A stretch of DNA of 64,000 nt from an uncultured Prevotella sp. (lineage in GTDB: Bacteria > Bacteroidota > Bacteroidia > Bacteroidales > Bacteroidaceae). Below, one piece after another: positions 8,676 through 19,518 of this stretch; the stretch's first letter is position 1, and every line of letters starts with the position of its first letter. A model generated the notes under the pieces. The model had not been told where the DNA came from. It did no database searches and saw only the letters and a list, made by a program, of their open reading frames with translations. The translations under genes and the position numbers were made by a program. The stretch covers positions 8,962-72,961 of the forward strand of contig ONCJ01000005.1 in the NCBI GenBank assembly GCA_900316295.1. The letters run 5' to 3'.

Positions 8676-11057
8676 ATGAAAGATATCATACAATTTATCC
8701 GTCGTAAACTCTCTGTGAGAGTCAGCCTGTGGGTGGTGTTCTTCGCTGCTATTATCTTCAACATAGCTCTCGGCTTTTTGTTCTATCAGGCTCGTGATGC
8801 CGTGCGTCAAGAGTCAATCAGCAGGGCTACTCAGATATTGGATAAGACCTCTCTGCATGTAGAGAGTATTCTCAATCGTGTAGAGGTGGCTACCAATATG
8901 ACTGCATGGCTCGTACAGCGTCATCCCGAGAATGCCGACTCCATGTTTGTCTACAGCCGTGGCGTGTTGCTCAATAATCCCGACTTCTACAACTGTTCCA
9001 TAGCCTTCGAGCCATATTATTTCAAGGATAAGGGACGCTATTTCTCTGCCTATACCAGACATGATGGCGACAGCATCCGTACTATACAGGGTGGTAACGA
9101 CAACTATCAGTATTTTTTTATGGACTGGTATCTGATGCCATCGCTGCTCAATAAGCCGTGTTGGACCGAGCCATACATGGATTACGATGTAACCACTAAT
9201 TCGAGCGAGATGGTCAGCAGCTACTGCCAGACTCTCAAGAACAAGGAGGGTAGAGTGATAGGAGTTGTCAATACCAGTCTCTCACTGAACTGGTTCTCAC
9301 AAACGATTTCAAAAATAAAGCCATATCCCAACTCTTACAGTATCATGATAGGTCGTGGTGGTACTTATTTTGTCCATCCAGACTCATCTAAAGTCACCCG
9401 TCAGACCATCTTCACTCAGACAATAGAGCAGCCCGATACGGCACTCGTGGCATTGGGACATGCCATGCAGCGTGGTGAAGAGGGCATGAAGCAAATGACT
9501 ATTGATGGCAAGAACTGCTATGTATTCTATAAACCCCTTGGCAAGACAGGATGCTCAATGGCGATAGTTTGTCCTGAAAAGGATATCTTCGGTGGCTTCG
9601 ACAGACTTCGCAATAGCGTCAGGGCCATCGTCTTGGTGGGTCTGTTGATGATGCTCTATTTCTTTATTCGTATCATCACACGCGAACTTCAGCCTCTTCG
9701 TAGATTGGCACAGGAAGCTGAAACGATAGCTTCGGGCCAGTTTGATGCCCAGTTACCTGAATCAAAGCGTATTGATGAGATAGGTCAGCTGAGCCAGTCG
9801 TTTGGCAATATGCAGCAGTCGCTTGTGAAATACATCGAAGAACTCAAAGACACCACAGCCCAGAAGACGCTGATAGAGAGAGATATCCGTATCGCCAGTG
9901 GCATACAGATGGGTATGTTGCCTAAGACATTCCCCACAAAGGAAGATAGTGACGACGTACAACTCTACGCCTCACTGACCCCAGCCAAGGAGGTAGGTGG
10001 CGACCTGTTCGACTTCTATTTCCGTGATGAGAAGCTCTTCTTCTGTATCGGAGATGTGTCGGGCAAGGGTGTGCCAGCCTCACTATTCATGGCAGTCACA
10101 CGTTCTACCTTCCGTACTGTATCTGCCCATGAGTCGTTGCCCGATCGTATTGTGACTACGATGAACAAGACCATCGCCGACATGAACAAGACCCACATGT
10201 TTGTCACGCTCTTTGTTGGTGTGCTTGATTTGCCCACGGGTCGTCTGCGCTACTGCAATGCGGGCCACGATGCTCCGTTGTTGGTAGGTGCTGGTGTCGG
10301 CGAGATGCCGTGCGATGCTAATATTCCCGTGGGTTTCATGCCATCCTGGAAATATTCGTTGCAAGAGATTCATATCTTTACTGGTACTACTATTTTCCTG
10401 TTTACCGATGGTCTTACCGAGGCCCAAGACTCACAGACCAACCAGTTCCAGATGGAGCGCGTCATCGATGTGGCACACCACGCCCTCTCTTTGCAACAGC
10501 AGGAACCTCGCCAGTTTATTGACATGATGACAGAAAACGTCCGTCAGTTTGTGGGTGATGCCGAACAGAGCGACGACCTCACGATGATGGCAATACAATA
10601 CATCCGCCAGCAGAGCGACATCCGAATGCGTAAGAGCATAGTGCTGACTAATGACATCAAGGAGGTGACTAAGCTGATAGCTTTTGTTGAAGATGTCTGT
10701 GAGACAGTCCAAATGGATGAGGCTACAACTATGCAGATGAAGATTGCTATCGAGGAGGCTGTGGTCAATGTTATCAACTATGCCTATCCCGTCGGTATGC
10801 GTGGTGATGTGACCATTGAGGCTGCCTCCAATGACGTACGTCTGAAGTTTACCATCATTGATAGCGGCAAGCCCTTCGACCCAACAGTCCATGCAACCGT
10901 CGATACAAAGCTGTCAGCCAAGGACCGCCGTATCGGAGGCTTGGGCATTCACATCGTACGCCAGATGATGGACTCGATGAACTACGAGCGTGTTGGCAAA
11001 CTCAACGTGCTCACTCTTAGGAAGAAAATAAATAACAAAAATACAAACAATCAGTAA
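8676..11057 (+). CDS. Membrane sensor: TM-Cache-TM-HAMP-SpoIIE/PP2C phosphatase-HATPase (RsbW-like kinase) fusion
   Basis: Cache-like DWY...WTEPY. HAMP-like PLRRLAQEAETIASG...DEIGQL. PP2C motifs VGGDLFD, GDVSGKG, NAGH, FTDGLTEA, DDLT. RsbW-like EEAVVNVINYAY, DSGKPFDP, GGLGIHIV. Confidence 0.92.
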   Translation: MKDIIQFIRRKLSVRVSLWVVFFAAIIFNIALGFLFYQARDAVRQESISRATQILDKTSLHVESILNRVEVATNMTAWLVQRHPENADSMFVYSRGVLLNNPDFYNCSIAFEPYYFKDKGRYFSAYTRHDGDSIRTIQGGNDNYQYFFMDWYLMPSLLNKPCWTEPYMDYDVTTNSSEMVSSYCQTLKNKEGRVIGVVNTSLSLNWFSQTISKIKPYPNSYSIMIGRGGTYFVHPDSSKVTRQTIFTQTIEQPDTALVALGHAMQRGEEGMKQMTIDGKNCYVFYKPLGKTGCSMAIVCPEKDIFGGFDRLRNSVRAIVLVGLLMMLYFFIRIITRELQPLRRLAQEAETIASGQFDAQLPESKRIDEIGQLSQSFGNMQQSLVKYIEELKDTTAQKTLIERDIRIASGIQMGMLPKTFPTKEDSDDVQLYASLTPAKEVGGDLFDFYFRDEKLFFCIGDVSGKGVPASLFMAVTRSTFRTVSAHESLPDRIVTTMNKTIADMNKTHMFVTLFVGVLDLPTGRLRYCNAGHDAPLLVGAGVGEMPCDANIPVGFMPSWKYSLQEIHIFTGTTIFLFTDGLTEAQDSQTNQFQMERVIDVAHHALSLQQQEPRQFIDMMTENVRQFVGDAEQSDDLTMMAIQYIRQQSDIRMRKSIVLTNDIKEVTKLIAFVEDVCETVQMDEATTMQMKIAIEEAVVNVINYAYPVGMRGDVTIEAASNDVRLKFTIIDSGKPFDPTVHATVDTKLSAKDRRIGGLGIHIVRQMMDSMNYERVGKLNVLTLRKKINNKNTNNQ

Positions 11058-11069
11058 TCTATAATCAAA

Positions 11070-11372
11070 ATGAAAACAACAATCCAAGAACAAAACGGCA
11101 ATATGGTTGCCATTCTTGAGGGACGTCTCGACACCGTCGCCGCACCAGAGACTGAAAAGGCTATGAATGTACTCAATGACGTTGAAGACAAGGATATCAT
11201 CATCGACTGCACCGATCTTGAGTATATATCTTCGGCTGGGTTGCGTATCTTCCTTGGCATCCTGCAGAATGCCCAGGAGCGTGGAGGACATGTATATATC
11301 AGAAATATCAACGACCAGGTTCGCACCATCTTCACCATTACGGGTTTCAGTAATATCTTCGAGTTTAAGTAA
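11070..11372 (+). CDS. STAS-domain anti-sigma-factor antagonist (RsbV/SpoIIAA-like)
   Basis: GRLDT, IIDCTDLEYISSAGLR containing the phosphorylatable Ser, and IFTITGF. Confidence 0.93.
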   Translation: MKTTIQEQNGNMVAILEGRLDTVAAPETEKAMNVLNDVEDKDIIIDCTDLEYISSAGLRIFLGILQNAQERGGHVYIRNINDQVRTIFTITGFSNIFEFK

Positions 11373-11390
11373 AAGGCAAACATCAGTCTG

Positions 11391-12476
11391 ATGAGCAACA
11401 TAATACTTGACCCACATGGCGAGGCTCTGATGAAGCAATTCCGTGAGCTGCGCCCTACGCTCGAGGCCATCTCTGATAAGGCCTACGACATACTGGCTCG
11501 AGCCCTGAAAGATCAGGAAATCTACGTCACAGCCATCGAACACCGCATAAAGACAGAGAAGTCTCTGGCAGGCAAACTCGAACTGAAGGGTGTCAAATAC
11601 AAGACCATCGATGACATTACCGACCTTGTCGGTCTGCGAGTCATCACATTCTATACCGACGAGGTAGATAAGGTGGCAGCCATTGTCAAGCGTATCTTCG
11701 ACATCGACTGGCATGAGAGTGTTGACAAGCGCAAGCTACATGAGCTCGATGCCTTCGGCTATAACTCCCTGCATTTCGTCTGTAGGCTGAAGCCGCAAGA
11801 TGCTATTGACCCAGATAGGAATCCGAGGTTCGAGCTACAGATGCGCACCGCCCTGCAGCATGTGTGGTCTACCATCGAGCACGACACAGGCTATAAGGGC
11901 GACGTGAAGATACCACGAGAGTATAAGAGGCAGTTCAGCCGTCTGGCAGGAATGATGGAGCTTATCGACGACGAGTTCAGCCGTCTGCGTACAGTCCTCA
12001 CCGATTATCGTCGAAACACGTTGTCACTTGTCAAGAGTGGCAAACTCAATGAAGTGCCACTCTCTCGTGAGAACTTCCGTAACTACCTCGACCTTCATCC
12101 CTTCGATCGCCTCAACCTTCGTATTGCCGCCGTCAATCAGGCAGAGATCTATCCCGTATCGGTGATGTCCTATCTGCCCGTACTCGAATCCTTCGGACTG
12201 GAGACCCTTGGCGACGTCGAGCACTTCATCGACGACAACGGCGAGGATGCCTATCAGCTTGCCGTCTCTCAGCTTGCCATCACCGATCTCGACCTCCTCT
12301 CGTCCAATACTGCCATACAGTATCTATGCCTGGTCTATGTGTTGAAACACGGCGGAGGATGTGACGGTATCAAGTCGTTCTTCGACGTCATCAATGGCGA
12401 GTCTTCCACTAACGACATGTTGGCAGAGATGATGATGGAGCAAGCCTATACCTTGCCATTCATGCATAAGAAATAA
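11391..12476 (+). CDS. Small alarmone synthetase (RelA/SpoT SYNTH domain) with an extra C-terminal domain
   Basis: RIKTEKSLAGK, DLVGLRV, GYNSLH and ELQMRTALQHVWSTIEH match Syn1-4. No HD, TGS or ACT motifs seen. Confidence 0.9.
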   Translation: MSNIILDPHGEALMKQFRELRPTLEAISDKAYDILARALKDQEIYVTAIEHRIKTEKSLAGKLELKGVKYKTIDDITDLVGLRVITFYTDEVDKVAAIVKRIFDIDWHESVDKRKLHELDAFGYNSLHFVCRLKPQDAIDPDRNPRFELQMRTALQHVWSTIEHDTGYKGDVKIPREYKRQFSRLAGMMELIDDEFSRLRTVLTDYRRNTLSLVKSGKLNEVPLSRENFRNYLDLHPFDRLNLRIAAVNQAEIYPVSVMSYLPVLESFGLETLGDVEHFIDDNGEDAYQLAVSQLAITDLDLLSSNTAIQYLCLVYVLKHGGGCDGIKSFFDVINGESSTNDMLAEMMMEQAYTLPFMHKK

Positions 12477-12509
12477 TATTAGTGAAACACAAATCAACAT
12501 TATAGGAAA

Positions 12510-13145
12510 ATGAACAAAAACGAGAAATTCGTCATCACCATCAACCGCGAAGTCGGTTCTGGTGGACGTACCGTGGGACGCAAATTGTCAGAGAGGTTAA
12601 ATGTAAAATATTTTGATAAGGCTATCGTCGACGGACTTACTGAGAAGTTCGGACTCTCCATAGAGCGTATAGAGAAGATAAAGTCACAGAAAAAGTCGTG
12701 GTGGAATGACTTCAATAACTACTACCAGACGCTCATCAATAGCGCCTCCTTGCCTATGGAGGCAGAGGTGAAGCTCGACAATGCCACTATGTTTGAGACC
12801 GAGAAGCGTATCCTCAGCGAACTGGCAGAACAGTCATCATGCGTCATCGCTGGTCGTACGGGCTTCATGATCTTCCGTGAGTGGCCCAACCACCTGAACA
12901 TCTTCATTCAGGCATCAATGGAGCATCGCATCCAGCGTGTCATGCGCCGCCAGAACGTCGGGGAGACTGAGGCACGTGATATCATAGCAAAGATGGACTC
13001 CAGCCGTGAGACCTACATCCAGAAGTACGAGGATACATCACGCTACGACACACGCAACTACCAGCTTGTCATCTCTATGGACGATCTGAGCGAAGACGAT
13101 GCTGTGGAGGTTATCATGGAATACATCAATCGTACCAGCAAGTAA
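12510..13145 (+). CDS. Cytidylate kinase-like family protein
   Basis: FVITINREVGSGGRTVGRKLSERL, CVIAGR, IFIQASMEHRIQR, YQLVI. Confidence 0.88.
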   Translation: MNKNEKFVITINREVGSGGRTVGRKLSERLNVKYFDKAIVDGLTEKFGLSIERIEKIKSQKKSWWNDFNNYYQTLINSASLPMEAEVKLDNATMFETEKRILSELAEQSSCVIAGRTGFMIFREWPNHLNIFIQASMEHRIQRVMRRQNVGETEARDIIAKMDSSRETYIQKYEDTSRYDTRNYQLVISMDDLSEDDAVEVIMEYINRTSK

Positions 13146-13170
13146 AGGGAATTTGCTTCATATAACAAAG

Positions 13171-13755
13171 ATGAAAAACAAGTCGTTAGACACCAAGCTG
13201 CTCGATCGTGCCATAGAGTTTGCCGTCCATGCCCACGCAGGCATCGAGCGTCGTGGCAAAGGATTTCCCTATATCGTTCATCCCATGGAAGCCGTAGAGA
13301 TAGTAGCCACCATGACCTCCGATCAGGAGCTGCTGGCGGCTGCCGTACTCCACGACGTCGTCGAGGATACCGACATCACCATTGATCAGATACGCAGAGA
13401 GTTTGGCGAACGCATAGCCTCTATCGTAGCTGTGGAGAGCGACAACTGCGACACCACCGTCAGTCCCTCCACCACATGGCACGACAAGAAGCAGGCAGCC
13501 ATCACTCGCCTGTCACGTGCTCCCTACGACGCAAAGATGGTAGCCCTGGGCGACAAGCTCTCCAATATGCGAGCCATAGCCCGCGACTATGCCGTACAGG
13601 GCGATGCCCTCTGGAGCCTCTTCCGTACCAATGACCCCCATGAGCATGCGTGGCACTATCAGGGACTAGCCCGTGCCCTGAGCGACCTTCATGACACACC
13701 TGCCTATCAGGAGTTTAGCCATCTCGTCGATCAGGTCTTTCATTCTAAGGAATAG
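13171..13755 (+). CDS. HD-domain small alarmone hydrolase (Mesh1-like)
   Basis: AHAGIERRG..PYIVHP, AAVLHDVVEDT (HDxxED), DKLSNMR. Confidence 0.88.
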   Translation: MKNKSLDTKLLDRAIEFAVHAHAGIERRGKGFPYIVHPMEAVEIVATMTSDQELLAAAVLHDVVEDTDITIDQIRREFGERIASIVAVESDNCDTTVSPSTTWHDKKQAAITRLSRAPYDAKMVALGDKLSNMRAIARDYAVQGDALWSLFRTNDPHEHAWHYQGLARALSDLHDTPAYQEFSHLVDQVFHSKE

Positions 13756-13784
13756 ATCGACAAAGTCATGATATTGATGTCTTA

Positions 13785-13907
13785 CAATTCGGCACATATT
13801 AGCTCGCAATATGTGCCGAATTGATAGGCAAAACGATAGGTATTGAGTCGCAATATGTGCCGTTTTTATAAGGAAAATGTGTCTTATTCAGTGCAGGATA
13901 TGTGCCG
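13785..13907. repeat. 16-bp perfect inverted repeat plus ATATGTGCCG direct repeats
   Basis: CAATTCGGCACATATT (13785-13800) pairs with AATATGTGCCGAATTG (13808-13823). TCGCAATATGTGCCG at 13804 and 13848; ATATGTGCCG at 13898. Confidence 0.8.
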
Positions 13908-13981
13908 CCTACCAGTGTAGGGGAAAGGTAGTGATACCATAAGGTGTCTACATTCGGACAAATATACAATATCTATATACG

Positions 13982-14023
13982 AAAAATAGCAGCTACATTC
14001 GAGATTGTAGCTGCTATTTTTTT
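13982..14023. terminator. Bidirectional intrinsic terminator
   Basis: AAAAATAGCAGCTACA-loop-TGTAGCTGCTATTTTT between convergent genes. Confidence 0.85.
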
Positions 14024-14040
14024 CTTCCTCCGATGACCGC

Positions 14041-14559
14041 TTAGAAGGCGAGGACTGCTCTCACCCTGCTACTTCCAAAGCCATATTGCTTGAACTGAGG
14101 ACCAATCTCTATGACTATCTGGTCTTTGTCGAAGTACATGGCATAGGCCTGTTCGTTGCTCGACTCGGATGATGTCCAGTAGTAACGATAGTCGCCTGTG
14201 GGGATGTCGAGTGGTGAATAGTTGCCACTACCGCTAAGACTAAGATACTCATTGATACGGCTGATACAGTTGTTGATGTCGTCAGATTTGTTCCAATAGC
14301 CTTCGGTAGCGCTGATGGAAAGGGTACGGAGCTTAGTCCAGTTCTGACGGTCGGCAGAATAGTATACTTCCACAAAAGAGATGGTGCCAAAGATGCGAGC
14401 GGCATCAAAACCAAGAGTCTCCCCTCTGCTACTTCGAGCAGTGGAGAGATGAGTTTTGTTGCATCGGTGTTGTTGTTTATTGCGTAATATTTGTTGTCTC
14501 CAAGGACAAGATTGTTAGACTGTTACCATCCATTCTCAGCAATCATGTTGACAGGCATG
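14041..14559 (-). pseudogene. Degraded surface-protein remnant ending in a DUF1566/CLec-like C-terminus
   Basis: Manual translation: MPVNMIAENGW*QSNN...KLISPLLEVAEG, then a frameshift to ETLGFDAA...VEVYYSADRQNW...YWTSSES..AY.MYF...RVRAVLAF*. Confidence 0.6.
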
Positions 14560-14623
14560 GTGTTGTCCGAATAAGTTAGCTCGTGGGAATAAGTCAGTTA
14601 TATATAGCCAAAGCGGTTCCGCA

Positions 14624-15796
14624 CTAACTGAAGTAGTTGCGGAACCGCTGGAAGATGCGTTGTTTGACGGATGCGTCGCCCTTGAAGTTGTCGCTATGCT
14701 TGAAGGCTTCGATGGCTCGCTGCTCGTCGTGCGACAGATGTTGGGGTACATATACGCTGATGTTCACTATGAGGTCGCCCTTCTCGTTGCCATAGCCCTG
14801 TACGGGTCGCAGACCCTTGTCTCTAAGTCGTAGCGTCTTGCCAGGTTGTGTGCCTGGCTCTATTTTTATCCTTACGTTGCTGCCCTCGATGGTTGGAATC
14901 TCTACCGTGCCGCCCAGTGCTGCCGTGGGGAAGTCGAGCAGGAGGTTGTAGAGGAGGTTGTTGCCGTCGCGCACGAAGGTGTCGTTGGGCTCCTCCTCAA
15001 TATATACTTGTATGTTGCCATTGATGCCGTTATGTTTGCCTGCGTTGCCCTTGCCAGGAACGTTGACTACCATTCCCTCAGCTACTCCTGCGGGGATATT
15101 GACCTCGATGACCTCCTCGCCCTTGACAACACCTTCACCGTGACAGTTGTGGCACTTGTTCTTGATGATCTTACCCTCGCCACCACATACATGACAGGTG
15201 GTCTGGGTCTGCATCATTCCGAAGATGCTCTGCTGGGTGCGTATCTCCATGCCAGATCCATGACAGTTGGGGCAGGTCTCGCTGTTGCTGCCGTTCTCAG
15301 CACCACTTCCGTGGCAATGAGGACAGGCGACGTCTTTCTTTACCTTGAACTTCTTGGTTACTCCAGTGGCAATCTCTTGTAGGGTGAGGCGTACCTTCAG
15401 ACGCATATCGGCACCACGATGTTTGGCAGCCTGACGCTGAGCGCCTCCTCCGAAGCCTCCAAAGCCTCCAAAGCCTCCTCCCCGGCTGTCACCGAAGATG
15501 TCGCCAAACATGGAGAAGATGTCATCCATGGAGAATCCGCCTCCACTGAAGCCTCCACCAAAGCCTCCCATGTTGGGACCGTCAAATCCGAACTGGTCAT
15601 ACTGCTGGCGCTTCTGTGGGTCATGAAGCACGTCGTATGCTTCAGCTGCCTCTTTGAACTTCTCCTCAGCCTCTTTGTTGCCAGGGTTGCGGTCTGGGTG
15701 GTATTTGATGGCTATCTTGCGATAGGCTTTCTTTATTTCGTCTTCGGTGGCGTTCTTGTTGACGCCCAAAACCTCATAATAGTCTCTTTTTGCCAT
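14624..15796 (-). CDS. dnaJ: Chaperone DnaJ
   Basis: J-domain HPD, G/F-rich region, four CxxCxGxG repeats. Confidence 0.98.
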   Translation of the reverse strand: MAKRDYYEVLGVNKNATEDEIKKAYRKIAIKYHPDRNPGNKEAEEKFKEAAEAYDVLHDPQKRQQYDQFGFDGPNMGGFGGGFSGGGFSMDDIFSMFGDIFGDSRGGGFGGFGGFGGGAQRQAAKHRGADMRLKVRLTLQEIATGVTKKFKVKKDVACPHCHGSGAENGSNSETCPNCHGSGMEIRTQQSIFGMMQTQTTCHVCGGEGKIIKNKCHNCHGEGVVKGEEVIEVNIPAGVAEGMVVNVPGKGNAGKHNGINGNIQVYIEEEPNDTFVRDGNNLLYNLLLDFPTAALGGTVEIPTIEGSNVRIKIEPGTQPGKTLRLRDKGLRPVQGYGNEKGDLIVNISVYVPQHLSHDEQRAIEAFKHSDNFKGDASVKQRIFQRFRNYFS

Positions 15797-15835
15797 AGTT
15801 GTTGAATTTTAAGGACTTTAAGAACCTTAAGGATT

Positions 15836-16486
15836 TTACTGTCCCACTGCCACCTTGGCGTGGCGAATCACTTTGTCGTTCAGGGTATATCCTGTCTGTA
15901 CGCAGTCTATGACCTTGCCTTTCTTCTCGTCGCCCATGCCAGGCACCATTGCTATTGCCTCGTGGAAATCGACGTCGAAGTCGGCATCTTTGGTGTCAAT
16001 CTTCTTAACGCCCAGCCCCTCGAGAGTCTTGACAAACTTATGGAATATCAACTCCATGCCCTCCTTTATGGCTGCGGCATTCTCGCCCTGACAGGTATCT
16101 CCTGTTGTCGCCGAGCGGTCGTTGGTGTCAGCGATGGCACGCTCAAAGTCGTCGAGTATTGGCAGAATGGCAGTGATAGTCTTCTCGCCGCCATTGAGTA
16201 TGAGCTCGGTTTTCTCTTTGAGTGTACGCTTTTTGTAGTTGTCAAACTCGGCAATGGTGCGCAGCAACTGGTCGCGTAGCTTAGCATTCTCCTCCTGAAC
16301 GGCCTCTAAAGGATCTTTCTCTTCGGTGGGTTCTGAGTTGTCGGAATTCTCGGAGCTTTCTGAATCGTCTGAATTGCCTGAATTCTCGGTCTCTGCCGTG
16401 TTCTCTGTCTTTCCTGTGTCAGGGGCTTCCGTATTTACTTGCTGATCTTGTGTCTCTTCTATTTCAATTTCTTTTTCTTTGCTCAT
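15836..16486 (-). CDS. grpE: Nucleotide exchange factor GrpE
   Basis: AEFDNYKKR, LPILDDFERA, FHEA, GYTLNDKVIRHAKVAV; adjacent to dnaJ. Confidence 0.97.
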   Translation of the reverse strand: MSKEKEIEIEETQDQQVNTEAPDTGKTENTAETENSGNSDDSESSENSDNSEPTEEKDPLEAVQEENAKLRDQLLRTIAEFDNYKKRTLKEKTELILNGGEKTITAILPILDDFERAIADTNDRSATTGDTCQGENAAAIKEGMELIFHKFVKTLEGLGVKKIDTKDADFDVDFHEAIAMVPGMGDEKKGKVIDCVQTGYTLNDKVIRHAKVAVGQ

Positions 16487-16570
16487 GGTTATCTTCCTTT
16501 TTTTATAAACCTCCATGCAAATATCATGCCAAAGTTTTCAAACTAAAAAACCAAAACTATGCCCTATACA

Positions 16571-18190
<1,620 letters not shown>

Positions 18191-18424
18191 CTAATACCTT
18201 ATTATATTTATAATTGGGGTGCAAAGGTACAAAAATAAATGCGTAATGCGTAATGCATAATGCGTAATTTTTTTCTCTTAGGCAAAAATCTGTGAAATCA
18301 GTGTAATCTGTGAGAGAAAAAATCATGTGTGTTTTCTTTTCAAAAACAAAAAAGAATAGCATCCTTGACAGAGCAAAGATGCTATTCCCCTTAAATATAA
18401 GTTTGCGTATGAAAAAACGTAATA

Positions 18425-19438
18425 TTAGAACCTCATGCCGAGGACTATCTGAGCATTCCAATGGCTGTAGGTGATTGATCCGTTCTTGTCACCAGTCAGC
18501 GTGTTGGTCATCACAAAGCTTGCTCCTCCGTAGAACTTGCTCCAGTTGCGTACGAGAGCCACTCTCTCGGTGGTCATGGCGTCGGGGAAGTGGGCATGCG
18601 ATTTCTCCTGATAATTTTCGCCTTCGTAGCTTACTCGTGTGGCGTGGCGGGCATATACTATCAGCGATGGCAGCGCGGATACGTGAAGCAGCCAGTTGCG
18701 ATGGAACACCCAGTTGTAGGCATATCCTCCGCCAAGTGCGACGAAGGTGGAGTGCAGGCGTGCGTTGTATGTATCATTGGGGTCAGGATTGTTTTTCAGC
18801 GTGGTGTTCTGGAATGTCGCACCTGCGAGCCACGAACCTGCCGAACGCTTCTGCAGATAAGTATAGTTGAAGGCGGCAGGATAGGAGAATTTCTTACCGT
18901 TGAAGACGTAGTAGCCGTTGATTCTCAGGTTGTTCATCTTCATGTCGCCCTTTTCTACAGGCCAGCGGTAGCTCAAGTAGTTCTGGTATCCGTGGAAGCT
19001 CTTGATGTGCTGGTATTCTACGTCAAATCCGAAGTGGTTGTCGTAGTAGTTCATGGTGTACTCCTCGTCCTTGTATTTTTTCGAGTTGCTCGTAGGATTG
19101 ATGCTGAAACCCAGCGAGAGTCCGCTGTAACCCACCTCGACACCGATGGTTCTCATGTCGTCTGATTTGAGCTTGCCTCGCATGCTTTCTCCAGCATACT
19201 TGCCGTAGTTATTAAACAGGGAGCCACCGATATTGCCTTTCAGCTTCACGGTCCACAGAAGGTCGGGTCTGCCTATGTACTCTGTGTCATAGTTGACCTT
19301 TGCGTAGTTCTCCTTCAACTTTTGATCGATGCGCTGCCAGCGGGTCTGCTTTGTAGAGTCGTTTTGCGCACTTGCCGTCATGCAAAATCCTACCGCTGCG
19401 ATAAGACTAATGCTAAAAAATACTTTTTTCTTCATCAT
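18425..19438 (-). CDS. Outer-membrane beta-barrel protein (DUF4421-like)
   Basis: Signal peptide, YYVFNGKKFSYPAAF..YLQKRSAGSW, C-terminal LGMRF. Confidence 0.75.
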   Translation of the reverse strand: MMKKKVFFSISLIAAVGFCMTASAQNDSTKQTRWQRIDQKLKENYAKVNYDTEYIGRPDLLWTVKLKGNIGGSLFNNYGKYAGESMRGKLKSDDMRTIGVEVGYSGLSLGFSINPTSNSKKYKDEEYTMNYYDNHFGFDVEYQHIKSFHGYQNYLSYRWPVEKGDMKMNNLRINGYYVFNGKKFSYPAAFNYTYLQKRSAGSWLAGATFQNTTLKNNPDPNDTYNARLHSTFVALGGGYAYNWVFHRNWLLHVSALPSLIVYARHATRVSYEGENYQEKSHAHFPDAMTTERVALVRNWSKFYGGASFVMTNTLTGDKNGSITYSHWNAQIVLGMRF

Positions 19439-19518
19439 TTTGCAAATATACAAACTTTTTCTTTATTTTTTATTACTTTTGCAAAAATTTTTATTTAGAA
19501 ATAAAAAAACCGCTATTT

